DNA of 64,000 bases from Phallusia mammillata (taxonomy: Eukaryota): assembly GCA_965637545.1 (NCBI GenBank), contig OZ281496.1, positions 24,552,001-24,616,000 of the forward strand, in the 5' to 3' direction. Shown here one piece after another: positions 10,701 to 22,824 of this stretch; position 1 is the first letter of the stretch, and each line of letters starts with the position of its first letter. The position numbers and the translations under genes were made by a program. Under the pieces are notes generated by a model that had not been told where the DNA came from, ran no database searches, and saw nothing but the letters and a program-made list of their open reading frames with translations.

Positions 10701-13630
10701 GCAGTGAAGTTTGTTATTGGGCCAATTTTTGCAGGCTACAGCCGGGTAAAGTTGTTTACGGCACTTGAAGCAGCCTTACGAATCTTGCCTGAGAATGATA
10801 TGTGCAATTTTTGTGGTTAAAACCTAATTTGGCAGCACTAATTACCACTTATAGTTCAACCATTCCCAAAATAGCCGCGCTGTTACCGTCCCTCATGCCC
10901 ATACCTCACCTGAAAGCCTATTTTACACTTCGAAAAATGTAGTATTTATATCTGTAGACATAGTAATTACGGCGGTTGTTTTCATTCCATAATAACCACC
11001 CCAAAGACATTGACATAATGCAAGGTCAATTTAAATTTTTACGGTGTTTTCCAAGACCAATTGCCATGGTTGTAGTTATTTGTAGTCCCTAATAGGTTTA
11101 TTTTGAAGCCGATTTACAAAGTTATTAGCTGCGTTTTTCAACACAAAGCACTGTTGTACATCATGGCTAGATTTAAGATCAAACAAACATTGTTTTAAAC
11201 CGTCTTCAACTCTCCAAACAACCATACACCATTACCTTAAAATTTTGAAGTAATCTTTAACCAGTCATTGGTATGGATCGAAATCAACCATAATCTATTA
11301 TATCCATAAATATTTAACAAACCTAATTTTTACATTTGCGCAGACCAGCGGCTTCTACAATATATGTTTCTCCCGCGTCAATTCCAGCGTTAAATGAATC
11401 GCCAGATCCAAACCGAAATTGCATTATGCTTGGATGGGGGTCTACGGAAGGTAAGAGATATAGTTTAAAGCATTTAGACCACCAACAGTGAAACCTAATT
11501 AGTATTAAGTTTATGGCGCCGCCCTTAAACCAACCAGCAATTTCTGACTAAAATGTATTTAGTCTTTGAACCTCTTGAAAAGGTCAAATTGGTTTGAAGC
11601 ACATAAGTTGGTATTACCAGTAGTTTCAGCCAAAGCCAAGTGGTGAATTATCATTTTTAAGAAGTTTTGGCTTAAAAATCTTAAGCAGAGTCGTTGGAAA
11701 TCACCAGAAATTTGCAGTCCGGCGCGAGCTGACAAGTGCTTTAATTTGACTCGTGAATGGAATAATTCCTTACCACTCAAAGTTATTGATGTTAAATCGT
11801 AGAGCAGTTCAGGTTTTGAAAATTTAGGAACTGTACGATCTTTACTTCAAGGTGGCGTTCATTCTGTTTCAAAGGCGAATTTCAAATGCGACTATGTTTG
11901 ACAATTGATTAAATGTGTAGTTGTATTGCGAAACCTACATATTTTACAACCTGGACCAACCAATGGTTCTGTTTGGGAACATGACTTAACCTGACAAATC
12001 AACAAATGTTTTTACCATACTTTAACATTATGTTATCACTTAGCAGTTAGTTGGAAGTGACTCAACGTTCTCAGCAACCAATCAACAGTACAATTACAAC
12101 CATGACTGTAACTTTTAATTGCTCCATCGCCAACGATTAATTCCGTGTACTCGTTTCCTTTATCGGCTAGAGAAGTGTCAAGACGTGGCTTACCTTGTAT
12201 AGTGGTGACCATACGAGAACAAACTACAAAATTATATATTGACCAGATAGATTTAGTGTGTGATTTTGGTCTACAAGGCCGCTATGGGTAAACGTGTGCA
12301 TACAAACACTAGTAAGAAAAAAAACTTCACACCCAAAAAAACTTAAACGTCCTATATACGTGCGAATTACTGAAGGTCAGCGAAAATTTTAATCAAACGA
12401 AATTCTAAGGACTTTAATTTGATTTCCTGTGAAGATACAAAACGCATTTAAAGGCTGAACAATTTGCTCAGTGTTTAGCATAGTGGTTAACTCTTAGTGG
12501 TTTTAAATGGTTTATCTTTCTTGTATAGGTACCGGTTACTCAACTGTTCTGAAGCAGATTTCTGTTCCCCTTATATCTAATCAACAGTGTAATCAACCCG
12601 ATTGGAGGAATTGCGTTATAAGAGCTTGTATGATGTGTGCAGGATCACTTAACAACGATCCTTGCGAGGGAGATTCAGGTATTTAATTACTATTAAAAAA
12701 AATCGAAGCGCTTTATGAACACTATAGTAATATGGAAAAAACATCATTTCACTTTAAGGATCATATAATATAATTTTCCTGATCTTGGGGTGCACCATTT
12801 AAGAACCAATGGGTTAACAGTGCAACTAAACCTGAAAGTACTAAACATGAGTATGTTTTACTTTTTTTGTCACGGGGTTCGAACCCAGATTAGTTTTTCT
12901 CATGTTTGCAAATGGACCAATTCCACGGACCTTCGCCTGCAATTGCTTGTCGGTAAAAACACAACATCTCATGTAGCAAAATAAAGTTTTAAGATGATAA
13001 GAAAATACTTAGTGTAAATACATGAGGTAATGCCGAACGTATAAACGCATTGGGTGACTGAAAGGTCAGTAGCAAAAAAACAGCTGCCCGCTTTGATGTC
13101 TGACAAGGTTGAAAGAATTCGTCAATGTGCATAAACCGCAATTACGGACTAATTTCACACTTCGCAAATGCCTCTTTATGGGCTCCGATCATGTTTCCAC
13201 TTTGTTTTGGCAAACATGACCTATTTTGCACAAATCTTTACTTTGAAATTAGCAAGTGCAACCGACTCTCAAAATACACACTGTTTGGTTGGTAGTATGT
13301 AGTTTTCCAACCTAGGACGAAAACCAACAAAGGTTTTTGTGGGTTTCTGCACTGACACAATTTGTTTGCCAACATGAAGCGTTTCGAAATGCAGATTTTA
13401 ACATTGCGACAAATCGTCGACAAAATGAGAACTATTAAGGCATCAATATTTAAATGTTTTTTAATTAAATAGGTGGCCCGCTGTTCTGTCCACGATCAAA
13501 CGGTCTATATGTTCTTCATGGCGTCTACAGCTGGGGAAGGTGTGGCACCGAAGCCAAAAAGCCGGCAGTTTACATGAGAACGTCGTATTTTGTCGATTGG
13601 ATTACTAACGTAATGACAACGATCCAATGA
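1782..13630 (+). CDS. Secreted trefoil (P-type) domain / mucin-like / trypsin-family serine protease, about 785 aa, 14 exons
   Basis: Phase-consistent GT-AG exons: 1782-1842 (signal peptide MALCSLALLNFVLVQHLLSL), 4433-4609 (trefoil 1, CAVHWRYRRSCGGIFISAAACQRLGCCFQFVFYGPMCF), 6207-6252, 6369-6500 (poly-Thr), 6701-7125 (trefoil 2, CDYAADIRRECGFPGITPPGCRKKGCCWDHGVQNKTWCF), 7322-7719 (acidic/Thr-rich), 7989-8076, 8404-8562, 9508-9549, 9824-10070 (R|IVGG, TAAHC), 10386-10553 (NDMALIRL), 11344-11450 (GWG), 12529-12678 (GDSG), 13473-13630 (GP...SWG...PAVY, stop TGA). Total 2358 nt with an open frame. The protease exons are certain; the small linker exons (6207-6252, 9508-9549) and exon 1 are less so. 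Confidence 0.85.
2555..2926. mobile_element. hAT-type non-autonomous MITE (372 bp) in intron 1 of the protease gene
   Basis: Terminal inverted repeats CAGGGTTGCCAT / ATGGCAACCCTG; perfect 8-bp TSD CGTATAGG at 2547-2554 and 2927-2934; repeated subterminal TGTCCTTATTT motifs; no coding capacity. Confidence 0.9.
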
Positions 13631-14513
13631 GAAAGTTAGTCCATTGCGCCACCTTGTGGTGTAAACCTTGTGACCTTTTTGTACACTAAGAGAAAGTAAA
13701 CGCTTAAAAGTACAAAAGAGACAGCTCTGATTGGAACTGCACTGTGATAGGCGTAATACTTTCTTCGTTGCCCTCTATTTTTTCTTGATTTTCTGTGGTT
13801 GTTTTCCCTTGGAACTAACATGGTATCACACTGGTCCACATGCTAAAATTTGCCTTTAGAAAATGTGCAATTACATTATCTGCAGCCATAGATCAATCTT
13901 TGAAAGCTGCCTTACATAACGTTGCATTAAAATGAAAGTGTACCTTCAATTTTGAAGGTATACACCAATAACGTAGCATTTAGGATTCAACACTTGTGTG
14001 ATACAAACAGTATAAAGTGCCTAAGCAACGATAAAAGTCCATGTTTTTGCTTTTGTTCCTTTTATTTCTATGAACCTGTATGCTTGCCCAACCGCTTTAT
14101 CATGTATCTGTACATTTTTTTGTTCTTGTGTTTTGCAATAAACTTTAAATCCTAAAACGCCCTTTTCTGAGTCTCAAAGAAAACAAGTATGGTTTAAAAC
14201 ATTGTCTAAAAAAACGAAGATTATAGTGTTTGGGGTTTCAATCCTACGTAATCCAAGAATTATAAAAGATAGCCTGTATATGTAGTAACGGCAAAAAGAA
14301 GGGTAAAGTATAAAAAAAAACACACGATGGTTGTTATTTCAGTGGCAAAAATGTAAAAATGGTTAAAAACGCGGTTACGATACTGTGCATATATGTAGTG
14401 GGAAAGATTAAATGCCTTGACTGGATCAACAATCAAAGCCCCAACCCTAGAAAGATTAAAACCATTGAAATCGCCGGCAATTGGCAAGTAATTTCAAATA
14501 TAGATGAAAAACA

Positions 14514-17500
14514 TCAAATATTGAGACAGCATGTCAGGGTATTCATCAACAGAGCTAAAACAAACAGTGAAAGTGGATTTGCAAAGACTCGGTTTGAGGA
14601 ACTTGTAGTAGCTGTGGTTGTCGGCGGAGGAAGATTAGTTGGAATCTGTATAGAGTTGGTAAAGATTTTTAGTTTCAAACGATCAATTTAATTTGTACCA
14701 CGAGGTGTTGTCACAGCATTAGATATATTGGAACTTATTTTGCCGCTTTGACATGTTATTTGCAAACTTGACGGTTTAGAATTTTTCTCCTATAGGCTTA
14801 TAAATTGGGTTGATATTTAGCAACTGGCGCGGTCTGTAAATCAAAATTGTTTTACGACGCAAGGGATTAAAAATAATGGAGACAAGAGACCTCGTCGAAG
14901 TTTTCTTGACCATACAGACATTTGAAAAGTTCAGATATTGCAACAGAAAACATTGACGTATTTCATAATTGGCGACTTTGTGCATTTGGTACAGACAGAT
15001 AACGATAGACAGCTATGCTTACTTGTTTAAGAGATGAGGGAAAACGCAGGTCCCTGTTATCGCACCAGTTTTCATCATAGGATCCATCTGCCCGCGGGCT
15101 CTCAACTACGAACCTTATAACCAACATCATCAAATATCAATTGGGCTTTTAAATGTAAGATAGTCGAAGTGTTTTAATTTTCATACGATCGCATGAACTA
15201 TTAACTCGCAAGGTGTTTGAGTCCAAAGGACTTTGCACGGAATCTTTATGGACTTTGCATTTTCCACTTTTTTTCTACTCTTGGGTTTTGAAAATAGGTA
15301 GTATTCAAACACAGAGCTACTGTCCCCAGGTATGTTAAGAAATTACCTGAACCAGAAATATTTGATTCCACCTTCGCACCCAACTCCTTCACAGTCAAAT
15401 TCATAAGTAACTGAGTCGGTTGATCCTGGCACAATCCCACAAGTGCTGTCAGTGACTCCAGTACTACCTACATGTCATAACAAGTCTTGGCCAAAAGTCC
15501 AATACAAATTCATCAAATTTGCAACGTGCGAGTTACTGCACAGATTGTGAATTGCCTCACCCAACTTGCGGTGTTTGCGAATAAATACAAACACGAATGA
15601 GGAACTGCTTTCCCGACTGGATCAATCATTTGGTAGCAAGTGTAATTTAGATATTGGGCTAAATTTGAACCACGTATGTCAAAGAAAACATCATTTTTCT
15701 GATTCCAAACAGATATACGAAAGTAAGACGGCAGTGAGCTTGTATTTTGAGAGGCACAATTTATGAGTTTTAATGGTGCCTCCTAGTTTTAGGAAACAAT
15801 ATTGGTTGCTATAGGAAGTGCTAATATTGTTTGGTTCTTTGGGTAACTAGCCTAATAGGTGATCAAGCGTTTTTTTTAGATCTTACATTTCTTGACGTTA
15901 GTTTTTTGAGCCGCGAAGCACAAAGTTCCAGATTTTTCCATTTCCCAAGCAACTTCAATCTTGCGGTCATTTCCACCCGTTGGACTCACGATAAAGCATG
16001 GTTTCACTACGAAATCATAACGCGAAGAGTTTAATTGGGTTCCTCCAAGATTTACAACCGTAATTTTGTTACTAACGAAAAACAGCGCCTAAGTTTGGAG
16101 TCAGCGTCTACAAACAATTATTACATCCTTTTTGTGGGATTTGAACGTACAACCTAAATTCTTTCTTGGGTTTTGCAAGGGGAAAACCAGCGGTTTGTTG
16201 AGGCGTTATTTACCACGGTGTTTAGATTGGTTTAATGATTAATGTTCATCTTGGAAGGCTCTTAATTGAGTTACACATACCGGAAAAGCATAGTTAACAC
16301 ATACCGAAAAGCAAAATCAATACACCAGTACAACTGTATGGCAATTTGGACATACCCCCTTGAAACTCGTAAGTTGACATCATGTAGCCAAGCGGTCTGG
16401 TTGTGTTGGCATCCGGATGTGTAACTGGCACGTATGTTTGGCCGTATTCTGTTTCATTAACGGAAATCCAATTCTGTAACGTAGGCAGGAAATTATGTGC
16501 ACTGATTGATAGTTCAGGCTAAGATGACTTTCAAGCAAACAACACAAAATTTAATGCAAACTATCACTAACCGTGCATGGTTGCTGCTTGGATTTCGAAA
16601 CAAAGCTGAACAAAAGAGTTAACAGCACTAATATACCACCCCTATTCATGATATATATGGGGTTAAATTGCTGTTCTGAGCACAAAAAGCAAGTTTTATT
16701 TTCAGTGAAACGTGGTAGTCACCTGGAATAACGTAATCACATGTTTTGATGCTTGGCCATTGTTGAAATTTCTGTAAGCTATTGTTAGCTACAAGCGTGT
16801 GCGGAAGCCATCCATTTAGTCATTTCAAACGCGTCATAACGACTCCCAAGTAGCAGCTTTGTAAATTGTATGTGTACCAGTTACAAAGCAAATTGCAGTT
16901 ATTTTTTCTCTTATTGACACTCTTTTTGGTTTTAACAGCATTAACTTGCCTCTCTAGCTTAGGTATACGGTTGGCTGAAGGTTTGATGTGTTTGTTTTAA
17001 GAGTTTGTCAGAAAGGTTGAGAAAAAACTTGGTAAACACACACTTGTGCATTGCAAAGTTGTTACTGCGCATGTTACATAAGCCGCAAAAACAGTATTGG
17101 GTCTCAATTGCAAAGCTAACACATTGTTAAACCTAAAAATAATGACTACTTGATCTTCAGTCTACACTAAAACTACGTAGGTCAGTAATGTGTACACAGT
17201 AAATCTGACCTGCAGAGTTATTCATCTACAAACTACGCATCGCTTTACCTGTTACCACCCACAATAAATAGATTCACACACACACACACACACACTGGTT
17301 GTGCACAAAGTTGCTGCCGGAACTGAATTTAACACTGTTGTTAACAGGGAAATACCATTTTACAGTCTTTCTGTGGACTTCTGTATGTGTTCACTGACTA
17401 AGTAAAAGCGTTTTCGTTGAAGATACTTCCAATACTGCACCGTTATCTACGTTAAAAAAGCTTAAAATGCAAATATATACCAATCAAAGGCCCCAAAGCC

Positions 17501-18498
17501 ATTTTAACGTCAAACATTAAAGCACAACAGTTCCGTTTATACATTGCTACATGAAACCAAATCTGTCTGGCTATTGGCACAAAATCATGTCTAGCGTCAT
17601 CGGTTATGAACTTTTTTTCGTGGCTGAAAACTCGGACCAACTCGTATGACATCCAATAAAGAGAATGACAAAGCACGAAATTTACTTCCTTGAATGGTAC
17701 TAGCACCTGCTGTGACTAAAATGCTGACCCGAAGTGCAACAATGCGTCAGCAATGTGACCATCTGTCACGGGACTTGCTACCAGTTTTACTTTTATGACC
17801 GCAGGTAAACAACACAACCAAAAATAGTTTGGAGCTGCATTGAATGTGATGTGTGTTGCATAACCGTGTGCAGGGGCAAGTTGCACGCCTTAAAGTTTGT
17901 TGTTCTTATTTCGCTTTGGGCTCCCTATTTTGGTTAGATTTGTCGCGAAATATCGGATAGGCTTAACCAAAGCAAGAACTGGGGCCATGTGGAGACTGCG
18001 AAAGTGCTGTTCTATGCCGAAAAGATAGCTTATTGGATTCATGCATTAAGACAGCCATGGAATTGTTCGATAACGGGCTCATTATGAGCAAGAACTAATC
18101 AGACAGGTAACGTGTAGTTTCTAATCGGTTGTTTTTCATATCATTATTTTTTTATTCATTTTTAGAAACCTATACCATAAACTCTTTGCTCCGAGTGCGC
18201 AAATTCGATCGCATGCTAACCCTTGATGTGCCAAAATGATGCGTTACACAACTGTACCCTCTACTGTGTTACGTTTTAACGTTGTCATCTAGGACCTGAT
18301 GACTAACACGTAAACTTGTGTTTCTATGATTTCCTTTAACAACAAAATAAACTGGACATAACTCAACGCCTTTTCACGTGTTCGCAACTCGTCATTTCCG
18401 CCTAAAAAGCTTCAAATGTTACGCAGGTATAAAATTTGCTGACAGTTCCGCGGCTTGAACAGCAAACAATGGGAAAGCGGCCTCACCTTTGGAGCCAT
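14514..18498 (-). CDS. Unidentified multi-exon gene, probably an N-glycosylated cell-surface (GPI-anchored-like) protein; structure only partly resolved
   Basis: Exon-like open segments with good splice sites: 15990-16088 (ALFFVSNKITVVNLGGTQLNSSRYDFVVKPCFI), 15561-15782 (EAPLKLINCASQNTSSLPSYFRISVWNQ...), 15347-15467, about 15023-15113 (..ESPRADGSYDENWCDNRDLRFPSSLKQ, donor GTAAGC) and terminal 14514-14645 (Ser/Thr-rich, then hydrophobic LSLFVLALLMNTLTCCLNI*). Further exon-like pieces lie near 16355-16478 and upstream, with a possible first exon ATG GCT CCA AAG|gtgagg at 18487-18498. Some junction phases could not be reconciled and no signal peptide was located. Confidence 0.5.
17275..17295. 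repeat. (CA)n microsatellite, about 10 units
   Basis: Uninterrupted CA run visible in the sequence. Confidence 0.9.
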
Positions 18499-18773
18499 AT
18501 AGTATATTTTAAACAACAACTGGATTTAATCCGTCACGGAGAAGCACATGAATACAGCAGACTGGTCAATACCTCCCTCTAGTGTCAAGAATTCCCACAA
18601 AAGAACACAGAAGCTTGACGTGAGTTAAACTGACGCGGACACAAAATCTTCAGTGTATAACTGTTAATAAACACGCTTATGGAGTTGAATACAGAAACTA
18701 CAGGCTAATAGTTGGCAGTAGAAGCTATATCTTTGCACTGTGTAGCGATTTTTTTATTGCTACCCAGTATGCC

Positions 18774-21700
18774 TTATGACTTCTGATCGGCCTTTAGTAA
18801 CTCGTATTCTTCAGAGTGTTGTTCGTCAGGGTCCGTAACATTTCCATTTTGGTCAGAGTCGTCAGAGTTTTGGTCACTGGAAGGTGAATCAGCGGCATCG
18901 GCTGTGTCTTTGTCTTCCATCTCATTGTCCTCTTTTTCGTTGTCTTTTTCTTCTTCTTCTTCGTTATCTGAAGACTTATCTAGAATTTGTCAGAAAAACA
19001 ATTTTATTTTTAAGGTATATTACTGAAGTAAGCCTTGAAAATCAAGCAGATCAATCAATCAGCACAAGAAATGATTAAAAATTGATTTGAATCTAGAAAT
19101 GCTCTTGAAATTCAGAAGCAAATGTTCATGCTTGTTTGATCAATTCAATAGATTCCAAATACAAGTCCAATGTCTCCAATATTCAAATGCAAATCGTCCC
19201 ACGAAAAGATTTGAAATTGAAAGCAATATGTCTAACTGTAACTAAAATCTCATGCAGTTAGAGCAAAACAAATCAAAAAACCATAATTCTCAACACATAC
19301 AATTTATTTATAAAGTAGATTAAAAAACAACCTAAAGGAAAATGCACTTTACCTTTAGATTTTTTGCTTTCTGGTCCAAAATACTCGTGTGTGTAAAATG
19401 GTTTAAATGAGTCAAAAAATCCGACGTCAGCTAACAAATTAGGCAAAACCCATAAGTGATGTTTTCCAAACGTCACCAGCCATATACCAACAAACAGAAG
19501 AGAGCGAACTGTAGGAGACAAAAACAAACTGTAAGAACTGGTTTTCCCTGTTTTCTGATGATCCAAAATGAATTGTGTTTAAACATCTGCTGAAAACTGT
19601 ACATAACTGACACCAGTAATGCAGGCAAGCAAGAACATACTGTCAAACTAAGCCTATATATGGTTCCTTAAATGATTTACCTAAAGAGGGATACTAATGG
19701 ATTGGGTAGGGATTTTGGGTCAGAAGTTTACGGAAGTAAATAGCACTAGGACCAAACTACAAGGGGGGCTACTGTGTGACGCATGATGTCAAACAAACCC
19801 GTAGCAATAGACCATTTGCCGAATTTTTATCTTGAAACAGAAATGTTCACAGTTTTCACCCTTTGATAAGGTAAATATTAAAATAGAAAAAACAAGACCT
19901 GTAAAGTTGGAGAAAGGTGTAAACGTTGCTCTATAACTTGGACCTGGTCAAAGTTCTTCCTATTTACAATAGCAGTGCTTGTATGAAACTAAAGCCAAGC
20001 CGAAATTACAGTTCAAATGTCGCTTGGGTTTAGACATACAAAGGGCTGGCAAGTTACAGCAGCTGGCACATTCAATATACTTACATATTGCAACACCAAA
20101 CACTGAACCAACAAAAATCCCACCAAGGATAGACAAATAGTAAATGAGAATTCGCACTGAGTTGGGCCACAGTGGAAAGAGTGTGGCGGCTATAACTCCA
20201 AGCAGCAACAGTCCGCCTGAAAAAGCACATCAATATGGTATTAGGCCAACTCAAAACGAATGCGGTGAAATTTAGTTTGTTCATGCAGCTGCACGGCTTT
20301 CATATTGCGCCAATTAGAGCTACAAAAACAGTAACAAAAACTTGAGATTGTTGAAGAACTGTAGAGAAAATACAACAGTTTACCCTGAACCCTTTAGTTC
20401 CTGTAAATAAATGTTGCATCTTATCAAACAGAATATTTGTTGTATCTTATCAACCAGAAAAGAACTATACAGTATAGATATCGACGCTCACCCTTTAATA
20501 GTGTATTTGGGTGCAAGGGATTGTACATCCACACATAAATATCGGAAGAATCATAAAATATCTGTTCCTCATGCACTTGAAGCTTGTAGCGCTTTTTCTT
20601 TTTCTTCTCTTCGCCTTCCTTCTTCTCTTCATCTTTCTATACAATTTGTGTAAACATAATTTTACAAACATGCTAAAAGACAAGATTTTGAAATTATTGA
20701 AAAAAACAGATACAGTTAATCACAACATAAAAAATGAACTGTAAAACATTTTATTTATTAGCAGTGGTTTGCTGAAAAAAAAAACCTGCTCTAAAACACC
20801 ATCACTGATGTAGGGATTGGGCTATGTTAAAGCTTAACTGACTAAGGCAGTTGTGTCTCAACTTTTTAGCTTTGAACTATTAGTTGCTGCATAATCAATC
20901 ACTCTGTGGTGTTATAGGAACAAATGTGTGGGTAGTGTGTCATTACCCTGATAAAGACGCCTTGAATGAGACATTGAAACCTCAAACCAGATACATAAAA
21001 TTGCCAGTTGAGCGAAAAAGGACTGTTCGCTATTTAGCAGTATTCAAAGAGTTTCATCGGTATGCATTTCCATTGCCCAATAAATAGCACAAGCTTACAA
21101 GTTTTCACACCTTGGTGTCAGGCTTTTTATCTGACTCTTCTCCATTGGTTTCTTTTTCTTCTTTGTTTTCCTCTGTGTTTTTCTTTCTCTTTCTTGTTGT
21201 GGACTTTGGTTCTTCCTCGACTTGTTTCTTGTTTCCTTTTTTCTGAAAATGAGGATATCATAGTTTAGTGACCACATGTTTGGTATAAGTTAAAACTTTA
21301 TAAAATTACCTTGATCAGAATTACAAAAACTTACTGTTGTAGCAACTTGAGTTATAAAATGCAACTATCTTTTTTTGATTTAACTCTATGCTTTAGCACA
21401 TAGTTTAGCTTCAATTTGTTTACAATTTGACTCTTACCTCTTCTTTATCAAGCTTGGGAACTTTTTCAGCTCGATAAAATAATTTGCTTGAAAGTAACCT
21501 TTAAAAAAAAATTTACTTTCATGTTTTTTTTTGGTTTTCTTTTCATCAGTAATAGTAACTAGTTAGATTTAAAATTGATAATAGAAATCTCTGTCACAAC
21601 AGCAAAACATTCTGTTAAAATAATACATTTTTATTGTTATGTTAAGGAATCAAATTAATTTTAGATTTTAGGAGCATAATAGTAGAGTTTTTAAAACAAC

Positions 21701-22824
21701 AACCACATTTTGGCCTTCAAACCATAATGCAAGTGCAATATAACTGATTATTACACTATATAAAAGCTATTGCTATATAAAAGCTATAAGGCATAATATC
21801 AAGTTTATAGAGCTCTTCTGGCAAATGCGTTTTTATTCCGACGTTTCTATGTCTTATACAGGTCGCCTTCATAAGGGTTTACCCTCTATAAACTTGAGAT
21901 TAATGCACAGTTATTGTCATTTTTATGTATAGTTTTTCAAAGGTTTAATAAGCTAACCGGATCAAATTAAATTTGACTGACTAACTTTTCCATAAAGGCA
22001 ATAGCATCGTCACGACTAACGAACACTGGTCCTCGCTTTGTGGTGGTTTTAGCCCACTTCGACTTCATTAACGTGTCAACTGCTTTTGACCCTGTGACAC
22101 AAGAAAAAAAAGTCAAAAAAAAGTTGATTTTAAAATTTAAAGAATTTTAAATGATATCTCACCTACAAAATATTCAATGTTCTCCTTCTGCATAACTGTA
22201 GTCTTTTTTGGTGTTTTAAATCGAACATGTTTTGCCATCTCCTGTTCTTCTTTACCAGGTTGTTCGTATTTAAGCTGAACACAAGAAATAAGGCCTTAAT
22301 TTTGTTGACAAAACAGTTTGAGAAGTCATAATAACAACAACCCAAAAAATATAATTCAACGCATAAATAAACTTGTATGTATAATAGAAATACAGTTGAA
22401 CTTTGGCAAAGATAACAAACTGGTAAAACGATAAGTTACAAAAAAATGAGGAACGTAAAAACAATAGGTACACAATTCATGGTTTTAAAAATTCTAACAA
22501 GAAACAAACAAGCCTACATGTTTTGCCAGTCATTCGCGCTTGTTTATCGCCTTTTTTTCTGGTTTTACGTGCTGCTTGGTTTTACATTAATTCTTTTGCC
22601 AATGACAAAAGTTGATTGTCGAAACGTTATGTTTTACACAAATATACTGGCTTGTTCGTTTCTAGTAAAACAATAATTGCACAAAGTATATACTAGTAAA
22701 TGCCATGACATTTAATTAACACCTTTTTGGTCTCCATGGCATCCCTACATGCTTTATCAACATCAGGTTCATTTGCCTCTTTTTTAACATCCGGTAAAAC
22801 AGGAACACCCAAAAATTGTGCCAT
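18774..22824 (-). CDS. sec62: Translocation protein Sec62, about 383 aa, 9 coding exons
   Basis: Exons 22723-22824, 22163-22274, 21986-22091 (GSKAVDTLMKSKWAK), 21438-21498, 21111-21242, 20492-20636 (KRYKLQVHEEQIFYDSSDIYVWMYNP), 20085-20216 (GVIAATLFPLWPNSVRILIYYLS), 19353-19508 (HHLWVLPNLLADVGFFDSFKPFYTHEY) and 18774-18979 (acidic tail). All phases are consistent, total 1152 nt; the motifs match Sec62 family hallmarks (TLFPLWP; H-x-W-x-LPNL-x-ADVGF). Confidence 0.95.

Noticed and set aside
12876-12885. GGTTCGAACC, a Pol III B-box suggesting a tRNA or SINE
   Set aside because: No A-box at suitable spacing and no cloverleaf; at most a decayed SINE fragment.
15023-15782. Vague resemblance of the unknown surface protein to CatSper auxiliary subunits
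   Set aside because: Similarity is limited to a few beta-strand-like residues; length, Cys spacing and C-terminus do not fit.
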